Origin: Nitrospinaceae bacterium | GTDB lineage: Bacteria > Nitrospinota > Nitrospinia > Nitrospinales > Nitrospinaceae | Assembly (NCBI GenBank): GCA_965237905.1 | Contig: OZ250172.1 | Span: 3,008,001-3,072,000, forward strand | Direction of reading: 5' to 3' | Length of the DNA stretch: 64,000 bases | Shown here: positions 29,533 to 38,608 of the stretch, piece after piece | How positions within the stretch are numbered: position 1 is the stretch's first letter | Layout: each line of letters begins with the position of its first letter | Position numbers and translations under genes: made by a program | The notes under the pieces: model-generated | Seen by the model: only the letters and a program-made list of their open reading frames with translations | The model's database searches: none | Told to the model about the DNA's origin: nothing

Positions 29533-29838
29533 ATGCCTATGAAAAAACCACAGCACCCAGGAAAAGCAATCCGCATTTCTTGTTTGGAGCCAAATAATCT
29601 AACGGTTACAGAAGGGGCTAAGATTTTGGGCGTGACCCGCCAGAACTTGAATAATATCGTCAACGGGAAAAGTGCTGTTTCTCCAGAAATGGCCATTCGG
29701 GTTGCGAAGGCTTTTGGCGGAACCCCAGACGCATGGTACAGAATGCAATCCGCTTATGCCATTGCCCAGGCCAAGAAAAAAGCTGGAAAAATAAAAGTTA
29801 AAACCTATAAATCCGAAAATATGCAGGTTGGAGTTTGA
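29533..29838 (+). CDS. higA: HigA antitoxin (HTH-XRE)
   Basis: 'HPG', 'AKILGVTRQNL..IVNGK..VSPEMAIR..KAFG....W..MQ'. Confidence 0.95.
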   Translation: MPMKKPQHPGKAIRISCLEPNNLTVTEGAKILGVTRQNLNNIVNGKSAVSPEMAIRVAKAFGGTPDAWYRMQSAYAIAQAKKKAGKIKVKTYKSENMQVGV

Positions 29839-29885
29839 AAGTTATTGACTTGACGGTATATGTTCGCTCTATCCGCACACCCATT

Positions 29886-29961
29886 CAAGTTAAAGAAAAT
29901 TGAACATGGCGCAGAGAACACAATTCACGGACGTTGAATCTATTTTTGAGGGCCGTCTGCG
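29886..29961 (+). repeat. Direct repeat copy 2 (leader and start of the intact LRR gene)
   Basis: Matches 29105-29180. Confidence 0.93.
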
Positions 29962-30394
29962 CGGCAATCAGGCCATGTTGAGCGGCCTCGGGCTGACTCC
30001 GGAAGAAGCCCGGCTCCTGTGGCAGGCTCCGCGACTACAAGAGGTGAGCTGGCTGGATCTGGATGACAATTGTCTGGGCGATGCGGGACTCGGGGAATTG
30101 ACGGAGTGCGAACATCTGGAGAATATTCAATATCTCAACCTCAATAAAAATGGAGTGACCGATGCGGGCCTCCAAAAACTCGCGCAGTCGAAGTGCCTGC
30201 CCAAACTGAAACGCCTGCACCTGAAACACAACCCCATCGAAGGACCCGGCGTTATCGCTTTGTTCGAATCGCAAACGCTGGACGGTCTCACCACGTTTCA
30301 GGTCAACGAGGGATGGACCTGCAAAAAGCGCGAGGGTTGGCGTTACAATCCCCAGCTCCGCTCCGCGAGGTCCGATTATGGACGGGGCGAATAA
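29906..30394 (+). CDS. Leucine-rich-repeat protein (RI-like)
   Basis: Repeats 'WLDLDDNCLGDAG', 'YLNLNKNGVTDAG', 'RLHLKHNPIEGPG'. Confidence 0.85.
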   Translation: MAQRTQFTDVESIFEGRLRGNQAMLSGLGLTPEEARLLWQAPRLQEVSWLDLDDNCLGDAGLGELTECEHLENIQYLNLNKNGVTDAGLQKLAQSKCLPKLKRLHLKHNPIEGPGVIALFESQTLDGLTTFQVNEGWTCKKREGWRYNPQLRSARSDYGRGE

Positions 30395-30630
30395 AGCCCC
30401 CTCTTTTTAAAGAGGGCGGGGGGTGATTTAGCTCCCCTTACAGAGGGGAGGACCAGCGTGACGCTGGACCCAAACTGGGCAAGGCCCGGATCTAATTTTC
30501 TCCTCTCCCCTCACAGGAAGCACCTACGGGGTGACGGGCAGGGTGAGGGGCGGTTTTGAATAGGGTCTACAAATGAAGTATTTTATAATTCCCCCTCACC
30601 TTAATCCTCTCCCCCTGGGGAGAGGAGATA
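30394..30630. repeat. Cluster of REP-like GC palindromes
   Basis: cccctcttt-tt-aaagagggcggggggtgattt; ctcccct...aggggag; tctcctctcccc...gggtgaggggcg; and an inverted relative ccccctcaccttaatcctctccccctggggagaggaga. Confidence 0.6.
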
Positions 30631-30704
30631 TCAAGCGCGTCATCCTGATGCTTGAATCGCTGACTTATGCAAAGCTCTCCTTGGTAAGAAGGAACTCCTG
30701 ATTT

Positions 30705-31931
30705 ATGACTTCTCCTCAATCCACCGAACAAATCCATATTCATATTTCCGGCTCGGACCGGCCCGGTATCCTCGCTGAAGCCCTGGAAGCGATTGTGCGC
30801 CACGAATGCCTGGTGGTCGATATCAAGCAGTTCGTTTTTAATGGGATGCTGAACCTGTCCATTTTGCTGGAGAGTAAAAACTCGCAGGCTTTGGCGGATC
30901 TCCGGGGTTCCCTGAATACTTATGGGGCGCAGACTGGCATGAAAGTCGTTGCGCATCCCTGGGATTCCGAGCATCGTCCCGAAGCGCCTTACAAACACCG
31001 TTTGGTCGTCACCATCCTGGGGCAAACGCTCGGTCCCGTTCTATTGCAGGAACTCACCCGCACCCTGGCGGACCTGGATATCAATATTGTGCGCATCGAG
31101 CAGTTGGATTACGGGGATCATCACGTGCTGGAAATTGTGATCGGAGCCCGGCAGGTGATGACCAATGTCGATATTCTGACCGCCCTCCTGCACTTCAAGG
31201 AGCATTTCGATGTGGATATTGCCGTACAGGAGGACACGTTGTTCCGCCGCAACAAGCGGTTGATCGTGTTGGACGCCGATATGACCTTCCTGCAATGCGA
31301 AGTGATCGATGAGATGGGCAAACTGGCGGGGGTGGGGGAGCAGTTGGCGGGCATTACTGAAAAGGTCGTGCATGGCGACATCGACTTCACCATCGCTCTC
31401 AAACAACGGGTAGCACTGTTGAAGGGGCTGGCGGTTTCTCAACTCGAACAACTTTACGAGAACCTGCCGCTGACTCCTGGCGCGGAGGAGTTGGTTCGCA
31501 TTCTGCAACACCTGAATTACAAAATCGCCATCGTCAGCGGCGGGTTTGAGTTCTTCATTTCTAAGCTTGTGGAAAAGTACCAGCTGGATTACGGTTTTGC
31601 CAACCAGTTGCAGATTCAGGAGGGCAAAGTCACCGGTGAGGTGGAAGGAGAAATCATCGACGCGCAGTCCAAGGAAAAGATTCTTGTCTCCCTGGCCGAA
31701 CGGGAAGGGTTTTCCCTGCAACAGGTCGTGGCCGTGGGGGATGGCGCCAACGACATCCACATGCTGGCCAGGGCCGGACTGGGGATCGCCTTCAACGCCA
31801 AACCCATTGTCCAGCAACACGCCCAGGCTTCTATCAGTATCTACAATCTCGAATTAATTCTTTATTTTTTAGGTATTTCAGGTAAAGAACTTAATGAGTT
31901 ACGTAAGGCTATGGAGAAGCCGGGCTCGTAA
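30705..31931 (+). CDS. serB: Phosphoserine phosphatase with ACT domains
   Basis: 'GSDRPGI' ACT start; HAD motifs 'DADMT', 'VSGGF', 'GDGAND', 'AFNAKP'. Confidence 0.95.
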   Translation: MTSPQSTEQIHIHISGSDRPGILAEALEAIVRHECLVVDIKQFVFNGMLNLSILLESKNSQALADLRGSLNTYGAQTGMKVVAHPWDSEHRPEAPYKHRLVVTILGQTLGPVLLQELTRTLADLDINIVRIEQLDYGDHHVLEIVIGARQVMTNVDILTALLHFKEHFDVDIAVQEDTLFRRNKRLIVLDADMTFLQCEVIDEMGKLAGVGEQLAGITEKVVHGDIDFTIALKQRVALLKGLAVSQLEQLYENLPLTPGAEELVRILQHLNYKIAIVSGGFEFFISKLVEKYQLDYGFANQLQIQEGKVTGEVEGEIIDAQSKEKILVSLAEREGFSLQQVVAVGDGANDIHMLARAGLGIAFNAKPIVQQHAQASISIYNLELILYFLGISGKELNELRKAMEKPGS

Positions 31932-31956
31932 CAGTTTCCCGTTTCAGCTCCCATCC
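31872..31956 (+). repeat. Direct repeat copy 1 of the serB / dehydrogenase convergent junction (pairs with 33526-33610)
   Basis: 71/85 identical, gap-free, by manual count. Confidence 0.9.
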
Positions 31957-32039
31957 CCAGCGGCAATTTTCTCGTCAAATACCTCATTACATGCGATCAT
32001 TTTAGGGTACCCATCTGACTCTAAAAAAAGGATTTCCTA

Positions 32040-32774
32040 ATGAAAAGCTCCACCAAGACCAAACTTAACTTGCTTGCTACCTTGTCGTTGACCGTGTGGG
32101 TTTTGCTTATGGCGATGCCAGCCGCTGCCGGGTCGCTTGAGGATGCTGCCCAAGCCTACCAGTCCGGAGATTACAAAAAAGCGTTTAAACTTTTCCAACC
32201 ACTTGCCCGGAAGGGCAATGCGGTTGCCCAATATAACTTGGGAGCCATGTATGACAAGGGTCAGGGAATTGCCCAGAATTATACAGAGGCAATCAAGTGG
32301 TATCGCAAAGCCGCCGACCAAGGTGATATTGAGGCTCAATACAACATGGGTGGGATGTATCAAGTGGGTGTAGGGATCGAGAAGGATTTTAAAGAAGCGA
32401 TCAAGTGGTACCGTAAAGCTGCGGATCAGGGTTTGGCTGAGGCCCAATACAATGTGGGATTTATGTATTACCAGGGCCAGGGGGTCTCCCGGGATTACGT
32501 CACCGCCGCAAAGTGGTACGGCAAGGCCGCCGATCAGGGTTTGGTCCAAGCTCAATTTAATGTGGGATTGATGTATGACCAGGGCCAGGGGGTTTCCAAG
32601 GACCTTGTGCAGGCTTACCAATGGTTCAGTCTTGCCGCTTCCCGTATGCCGTCAGGACCCTCTCGGGATAAGGTTAACAATTATCTGAATACCCTCCGCA
32701 AAAAAATGGCTCCCGCCCAGGTGGGCCAAGCTGAGAAACTCGTTAGGGAGTGGAAACCCAACCGTGGGCATTAA
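32040..32774 (+). CDS. Secreted Sel1-repeat protein
   Basis: Signal peptide; about four 36-aa repeats 'AQYNLG.MY..GQG...WYRKAADQG'. Confidence 0.93.
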   Translation: MKSSTKTKLNLLATLSLTVWVLLMAMPAAAGSLEDAAQAYQSGDYKKAFKLFQPLARKGNAVAQYNLGAMYDKGQGIAQNYTEAIKWYRKAADQGDIEAQYNMGGMYQVGVGIEKDFKEAIKWYRKAADQGLAEAQYNVGFMYYQGQGVSRDYVTAAKWYGKAADQGLVQAQFNVGLMYDQGQGVSKDLVQAYQWFSLAASRMPSGPSRDKVNNYLNTLRKKMAPAQVGQAEKLVREWKPNRGH

Positions 32775-33516
32775 AAGAAAGAAACAGATATTCCGACCGA
32801 TGCGATCCAGTCTTTTTTCGCTGTGGATAGTCTTGTTCGTTCTGGGACTGGCGGTGCCGGCCGTTGCCGATTCATTTGACGATGCTTCCGAGGTCTACCG
32901 ATCCGGCAATTACAAAAAAGCATTTGAGCTTTTCAAGGCTCTTGCCGATCAAGGTTCAGCGAAAGCCCAATATAACTTGGGGGTTTTTTATGAAGAAGGG
33001 AAAGTGGTTCCCAGGGATTACGCCAAGGCAGTGCAGTGGTACCGCAAGGCCGCCGACCAGGGTTATGCCCCGGCCCAACTCAACCTGGGGCTTATGTATG
33101 ACCAGGGCCAGGGTGTTTCTCAGGATTACACCACTGCCGTAAAGTGGTATCGTAAGGCCGCCGATCAGGGTTATCCTCAGGCCCAATACAGTCTGGCTGC
33201 AATGTATCAATCGGGTGACGGGGTTGCGAAGGATTTCAAAAAAACACTTGAGTGGTACCACAAAGCCGCCGACCAGGGTTATGCCGAGGCTCAATACAAC
33301 CTGGGGCTTCTGTATGCACAAGGCGAGGTAATTCGTCAGGATGTTTTCCTGGCTTACAAATGGCTGAGCCTTTCAGTTACTGGATTGCCCCCCGGGAGTG
33401 TTCAGGATGAAACCAAAAAGCTGTTGGAAGTATTCAGAGAAGTTCTCCCCCCTACCGATTTGGCCCAGGCCGAAAACCTTGTCAGGGAATGGAATGCACA
33501 ACATAAAAAGAAGTGA
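32764..33516 (+). CDS. Secreted Sel1-repeat protein (paralog of the preceding gene)
   Basis: Same repeat architecture; start may be ATG 32800. Confidence 0.92.
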   Translation: MGIKRKKQIFRPMRSSLFSLWIVLFVLGLAVPAVADSFDDASEVYRSGNYKKAFELFKALADQGSAKAQYNLGVFYEEGKVVPRDYAKAVQWYRKAADQGYAPAQLNLGLMYDQGQGVSQDYTTAVKWYRKAADQGYPQAQYSLAAMYQSGDGVAKDFKKTLEWYHKAADQGYAEAQYNLGLLYAQGEVIRQDVFLAYKWLSLSVTGLPPGSVQDETKKLLEVFREVLPPTDLAQAENLVREWNAQHKKK

Positions 33517-33525
33517 AAAGTTGAG

Positions 33526-33610
33526 GGTATTTCAGGAAAAGAACTTAAAGAGTTACGTAAAGCTATAGAACGACCGGGCTCGAAAAGATTTCCCGCTTCA
33601 GTTCCCATCC
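33526..33610 (+). repeat. Direct repeat copy 2: serB 3' remnant overlapping the true 3' end of the dehydrogenase gene
   Basis: Reads GISGKELKELRKAIERPGS versus SerB GISGKELNELRKAMEKPGS. Confidence 0.9.
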
Positions 33611-34747
33611 GCGGCGGGTGATTTCCTGGTCGAACATTTTTCCTCTCAGCGCCAACTCTACCGGAACGGCGCCCTTGGGAAGTTTATCCTGAGCCGCAAT
33701 GATGGCGATGATGGATGCGTGCCAGCCGGTGATTTGTTCCATGGCGGTGAACCCGGTTTTTATATCGTAGGTCTCCAAAAAGTCGAGCGTGCAGGATGCG
33801 TGTGATCCGTTGAGTCGGCCGGTGGCCTGGGTACGGATGATGCAGACATCATAGACCGGTGGTTCTGGTGTGATTTTTGGGGCCAGCATGGCATTGAGCA
33901 TTTCTCGCGGTATAAAAGACGTCCCATTAATCTTTGTTTCCTCCAGATCAAACAGCCCCAGACTCTGGAAAGCTTTGAACTGATCCCAGTGGCCCGGGTA
34001 GCGCAGGGTTTTGTTTTCCAATCGGCGGAGTTTACCCTGGAAAGTCCACGGCGCGGTGGAAAGGCCGCCGGAAGTCACTGCCGCTTCCATCAGGCCCAAC
34101 GGCTGGGGGAAATCGAGCGATTCCAATTCCGTCAGGCAGGGAACCTGGACTGGTTGTCCGCCCCGGATAAACCAGGCGTCATCACAATATTCGTTGATGA
34201 GCCCGTTGACGTTAAAAGTGAGATGGTAGTTCCAGGGAGGTTTTGGGCTTTGCGGCAGACCGCCGTCCCAGATATACACATCTTCCGGCTCATCCAGATA
34301 ATCCATGGCACGGATACCCATGTTGATGTTGAGACCGGGTCCCATGCCGCAATCCGGGGTGATGGTGATGCCAGCCGCCTTCGCCTTATCCCCCAAAGCC
34401 AGTTGTTGGCGAACGGTTTCGGTGTGTCCGCCTAAATCGCAAATATTGGAATGCGCTTCGATAGCCGCTTCGGTAATCTTTAGATTGAACTTATAGGGGA
34501 CGGCGCTGATTGTGGAATGAACGCCCCTGAGAGCGGTAACGAGAGCGGAGCGGTTGCTTACATCCAGGGCTTGGCCTTTGACGATTTGAGTCTGGAGGAG
34601 TTTGTTGACCTTCTCCGCACCTCGCATCGCAGCTTCGGCGTCGAGATCGAACAAACGGATCTCATTTGCGTCCCCAAGGCGTGCCAGATCGTATGCGGCG
34701 GCGACGCCCTGTCTTCCTGCACCTAAAACAGCATATTTTAAGCTCAT
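33563..34747 (-). CDS. Saccharopine dehydrogenase / lysine 6-dehydrogenase family
   Basis: Rossmann 'VLGAGRQG', 'DLGG', 'PDCGMGPG', 'GGLPQ.P.PP', 'KTLRYPGH'. Confidence 0.9.
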   Translation of the reverse strand: MSLKYAVLGAGRQGVAAAYDLARLGDANEIRLFDLDAEAAMRGAEKVNKLLQTQIVKGQALDVSNRSALVTALRGVHSTISAVPYKFNLKITEAAIEAHSNICDLGGHTETVRQQLALGDKAKAAGITITPDCGMGPGLNINMGIRAMDYLDEPEDVYIWDGGLPQSPKPPWNYHLTFNVNGLINEYCDDAWFIRGGQPVQVPCLTELESLDFPQPLGLMEAAVTSGGLSTAPWTFQGKLRRLENKTLRYPGHWDQFKAFQSLGLFDLEETKINGTSFIPREMLNAMLAPKITPEPPVYDVCIIRTQATGRLNGSHASCTLDFLETYDIKTGFTAMEQITGWHASIIAIIAAQDKLPKGAVPVELALRGKMFDQEITRRGWELKREIFSSPVVL

Positions 34748-34894
34748 AGTTAATCAGGTTAAAGTATTGCAGGGGGGGAGTAAAGGACTTCCCGGCAAGG
34801 CAATTATTTAGTTGCTAAAAATCAAAGCATTTACTAATGTTTTTTATCAGGAGTACAATGTAAATGTTATGGATAACAAGATAAGTTCAATTGC

Positions 34895-35620
34895 ATGAAT
34901 TTTCCATACAAAGCGGTGTTGTTTGACTGGGCCTATACTCTGGTCGACCTGGTTAATGAAGAAGACCGGACGGCCTTGAGGCGGGTGTACGATCATTTGA
35001 AGGAGACAGGATTCGCGCTTCCCGGTTTTCAACAATGGTATGATACATACCATCGCCTGTTCTTCGGAATGATCGAGGTTTCCCGACCCACCCACCGGGA
35101 AGCCCGATTTGATCATGTGCTCAACTTTCTCTTGATCCAAAACAATATTCATCTGAATGGGAAAGTCCTCTTCGAGGATTTGCTGAAAATTTATTACGAT
35201 GAAATTTATTCCCACCGAAAAGTTTATCCGGAAATGATTGAGACTCTCGTCGCGTTACAGAAAGCCGGGGTACGCATGGGAATTGTCTCCAATACCACCA
35301 ACCCCGGCTTCATGAAAGATTATGAGCAGTCGCTGCTGAAGCTGGATCCTTATTTTGAGTTTTCCATTTATTCCTCCGAAGTGCCTTACCGCAAACCGCA
35401 TCCTTCTATTTTTCAACTGGCCCTGGCACGATTGAATTTGGATCCGTCGGAAGTTTTATTTGTCGGAGATAATTTGAGTGCGGATATTGTCGGCGCTCAA
35501 AGTGTGGGCATGCCCACCGTCTGGTTGAATCGGAACGGGAAGGTTTTGCCCCCGGATGTGATTCTCGATTACGAAATTAAAACCGCGACAGAACTTTTAA
35601 CACTTCCTACCAAATCCTGA
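34895..35620 (+). CDS. HAD-superfamily hydrolase
   Basis: 'VLFDWAYTL', 'IVSN', 'RKPHPSIF', 'FVGDNLSADIVGA'. Confidence 0.9.
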   Translation: MNFPYKAVLFDWAYTLVDLVNEEDRTALRRVYDHLKETGFALPGFQQWYDTYHRLFFGMIEVSRPTHREARFDHVLNFLLIQNNIHLNGKVLFEDLLKIYYDEIYSHRKVYPEMIETLVALQKAGVRMGIVSNTTNPGFMKDYEQSLLKLDPYFEFSIYSSEVPYRKPHPSIFQLALARLNLDPSEVLFVGDNLSADIVGAQSVGMPTVWLNRNGKVLPPDVILDYEIKTATELLTLPTKS

Positions 35621-35626
35621 CCCGCC

Positions 35627-36364
35627 ATGCACCGCTTCTTTGTCCCTCCAGAAGGATTTTCTAAGAAGACAGTGACTATTAAGGGATCCGACGTGAATCA
35701 CATTCGCACGGTTCTCAGAATGAAACCGGGTGACCGGATTGAAGTCATGGACCACCAGGGATTTCAATACGAGATTGTTTTAGCGGAAGTGGAACGGGAT
35801 CATGTCCGAGGCGAAATTCTATCCAAGATTGCCATGCAGACCGAATCCCCCGTCAACATTCGGATGGGACAAGCCCTGATCAAAGGCAATGCATTTGACC
35901 TCCTGGTGAGAAAAGCGACTGAATTGGGGGTTCACTCCATCGTTGCGCTCAGGACCCAGCGTTGCGTGGCCCGTCTGACGAAAGAGTCCGGGCCGTACCG
36001 GACTCAACGCTGGCAACGCATCGCCGAAGAGGCTTCCAAGCAATGCGGACGGTCGCCGGTGCCCGAAGTCCATTCTACGGTGTTGTCGGTTGAGGAATTT
36101 TGTGAGCAATCGTCCGACTGCGACTTGAAACTGGTTTTCTGGGAAGGCGAACAAAAAAACCACTTGCAGGATATTACTGCGCCGGACTCCGTTGCTTCCA
36201 TCGCTTTTCTGGCCGGACCGGAAGGAGGCTGGACGGCAGAGGAGATCAGTTTTCTCATTCAACAGGGGTTTCAAACGGTGACACTGGGTCCCCGGCTTTT
36301 GAAAGCCGATTCCGCATCCCTGGTCATCCTGTCCCTGCTCCAGCACCGCTGGGGCGATTTGTAG
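35627..36364 (+). CDS. rsmE: 16S rRNA m3U1498 methyltransferase
   Basis: 'HIRTVLRM', 'KATELGV', 'EASKQCGR', 'GPEGG', 'LGPRLL'. Confidence 0.95.
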   Translation: MHRFFVPPEGFSKKTVTIKGSDVNHIRTVLRMKPGDRIEVMDHQGFQYEIVLAEVERDHVRGEILSKIAMQTESPVNIRMGQALIKGNAFDLLVRKATELGVHSIVALRTQRCVARLTKESGPYRTQRWQRIAEEASKQCGRSPVPEVHSTVLSVEEFCEQSSDCDLKLVFWEGEQKNHLQDITAPDSVASIAFLAGPEGGWTAEEISFLIQQGFQTVTLGPRLLKADSASLVILSLLQHRWGDL

Positions 36365-36366
36365 TT

Positions 36367-36714
36367 TTATTTGTATATTGGAGGTAGGCTATAAAAAATA
36401 AAAATTGAGAGAAACATGAGTATAGTAATTAAGAGTCGGATAAGTTTTGATGACGTTGAATATTTTTCAATTCCCCTGGTTTTTTTCTCAACCATAATCG
36501 ATAGAAATGAAAAGACCAAAACGATAATCAACATTCCTGCAATGCGATACCATTCTAGCAATGCCACCAGCTCTTGAGCCACTAATACGCCTACACCAAG
36601 AAATAAAGCCAAGCCCAGATAGCTTATTGCCTTCCCAACAGATTTTAATTTTTTGTTTCTTTTTTCTGAGTTCTTCTTAAGCTCTTCAAAAGTATCTTTG
36701 CTGGGATTTTCCAT
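36367..36714 (-). CDS. Small AT-rich hypothetical membrane protein
   Basis: Three hydrophobic segments; markedly lower GC than its neighbours; start 36714 or 36735. Confidence 0.6.
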   Translation of the reverse strand: MENPSKDTFEELKKNSEKRNKKLKSVGKAISYLGLALFLGVGVLVAQELVALLEWYRIAGMLIIVLVFSFLSIMVEKKTRGIEKYSTSSKLIRLLITILMFLSIFIFYSLPPIYK

Positions 36715-36904
36715 AATTTTCCCCTTTTTGATCATATTGTCCGGCCTTCGTCTGTCATAGGACTTGTTTTTATTATAGCGTGCGAGAGGTCACTTTGGGC
36801 GAGGAAGTTTCCGGTAAAGAATTCGTTCCGGGCCTTGCCCGGTTGGAGGATTGATGGTACATTGCTCCCAGTACCGTTTTTAGTACCCCGTCCGGAACCC
36901 ACCT

Positions 36905-37693
36905 ATGACCTATCAACTCAAACTCGACATTTTTGAAGGACCGCTGGATTTGCTTCTGCATCTGATCAAGGAGCAGAAGATGGAGATTCACGACATCTCT
37001 GTGTCGGAAATTTCCCGGCAGTATTTAAAGTATATGGAATTGATGACTGACTTGAACCTGGAAGTCGCCGGCGAATACCTGGTGATGGCCGCCGAACTCA
37101 CCCGGCTCAAGTCGAAAATGCTCCTGCCTTCTCACGGTGACAACGAAGACGACGAAGAGGGCACCGACCCCAGGGCGGAGTTGGCCCGAAGGCTTATGGA
37201 ATACCAGCGATACAAAGGCGCCGCCGGGGACCTCCGTCAACTGGAGTATGACCGGCAACAACTGTTCTCCCGGGGAAGCGAAATTCAAATTGAGGAGGGG
37301 GAAGAGGAGATCGTCGTCGACGCGACGGTGTTCGATTTGTTCAGTGCCTTTAAAGAGGTCCTGAGCCGAAGGACGTTTAAAGAAGATATCGAAATCAAAA
37401 TCACCACGCTTTCTGTTTCGGAGCGCGTCAACCGTGTGTTGGATACCCTGAACGAGCATGAAAGCGTCACGTTTGAATCACTGTTTGCCGAGAACGAGTC
37501 CAAGCTGGAAGTCATTGTGACTTTTCTAGCCCTCCTGGAGTTGATGCGCATGGCGCTCATCCGTGTGCAACAGGGGAATCAATTCGAGACCATCCGTGTC
37601 TACCGCACCGCCGACCGGGAGACGCAGGAAGAAGCTCTCAAAGATTACATCGAATCGGAAGTAGATCCCGAACTGAATACCGAAGCCCTTTGA
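36905..37693 (+). CDS. scpA: Segregation and condensation protein A
   Basis: 'FEGPLDLLLHLI', 'EYLVMAA.L..LKSKMLLP', 'TFLALLEL'. Confidence 0.96.
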   Translation: MTYQLKLDIFEGPLDLLLHLIKEQKMEIHDISVSEISRQYLKYMELMTDLNLEVAGEYLVMAAELTRLKSKMLLPSHGDNEDDEEGTDPRAELARRLMEYQRYKGAAGDLRQLEYDRQQLFSRGSEIQIEEGEEEIVVDATVFDLFSAFKEVLSRRTFKEDIEIKITTLSVSERVNRVLDTLNEHESVTFESLFAENESKLEVIVTFLALLELMRMALIRVQQGNQFETIRVYRTADRETQEEALKDYIESEVDPELNTEAL

Positions 37694-37726
37694 GCGGCCC
37701 CTCCAGGAGCCTATATTCCAGCTGTT

Positions 37727-37756
37727 ACCCCAGGAGAGTGTTTTCTGGGGTTTTTT
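37727..37756 (+). terminator. Putative intrinsic terminator after scpA
   Basis: accccagga...ttctggggt followed by a T run. Confidence 0.6.
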
Positions 37757-37831
37757 ATTGCCCATTGCCCCGGCTGGAGGGATATAATACAGTTCTATAA
37801 GCATTTACCTATTAATTGAGACTTTGAAGCG

Positions 37832-38560
37832 ATGTTTGCGCAACTGAAAGAAGATATTCAAGAAGCCATGAAGAAGGATCCGGCCGCCCGGCATTTCTGG
37901 GAGGTATTGATCTGTTATCCCGGCGTGCACGCCTTGATTGCCTACCGGTTCAATCATTGGCTCTGGAATCACAATATCAAGCTGATCGCCCGCCTGTTTT
38001 CCTATCTGGTGCGATGGCTGACCGGTATTGAAATTCATCCTGCCGCGAAAATCGGCCGAAGGTTTTTCATCGACCACGGCATGGGCGTGGTGATTGGGGA
38101 GACATCGGAAATCGGCGACAACGTTTTCATGTATCATGGCGCCACCCTGGGTGGACTCAGCATGAAAAAAGGCAAACGGCACCCCACCATCGGCGACAAC
38201 GTCGTTATTGGTGCGGGTGCGCAGGTACTGGGCCCGGTGACGGTGGGCAACAACAGTAAAATCGGTTCCGGGTCGGTAGTGGTGCAATCAGTTCCCGAGT
38301 ATTCCACGGTCATCGGGGTTCCGGGACGCGTGGTGTTTTCCGGAATTTCGGCGGACTTTGAAGATTTGGAAGAGACGTTCTCTGATCCCATGGCGCAGGC
38401 CATCGAAGTTGTGCTGGACCGCCTCCCTCAAATGGAAAAAGATATTCGCTCACTCAAGGATGCGATGGAATTGGAATCTACGGAAGAGGAAATGCCCCCA
38501 CCCCCCGAACCGGTTCCTCTCAAAAAGACCGGTATGAAAAAAGCCTCCAACGACAGTTGA
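37832..38560 (+). CDS. cysE: Serine O-acetyltransferase
   Basis: 'DPAAR', '[24 protein letters not shown]', 'KRHPTIG'. Confidence 0.96.
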   Translation: MFAQLKEDIQEAMKKDPAARHFWEVLICYPGVHALIAYRFNHWLWNHNIKLIARLFSYLVRWLTGIEIHPAAKIGRRFFIDHGMGVVIGETSEIGDNVFMYHGATLGGLSMKKGKRHPTIGDNVVIGAGAQVLGPVTVGNNSKIGSGSVVVQSVPEYSTVIGVPGRVVFSGISADFEDLEETFSDPMAQAIEVVLDRLPQMEKDIRSLKDAMELESTEEEMPPPPEPVPLKKTGMKKASNDS

Positions 38561-38608
38561 TCTTCATTTCTTTCCGGTTTTTAAATAACCTGTTTTTCGA
38601 AAAGAAAT

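Noticed and set aside
32200..33330. Regularly spaced repeats (108-nt period) as a CRISPR array
   Set aside because: They are coding Sel1 repeats with codon-level divergence, and no cas genes are present.
27776..33610. Prophage or integrative element
   Set aside because: No integrase, transposase, tRNA target or phage genes, and core serB interrupts the accessory genes.
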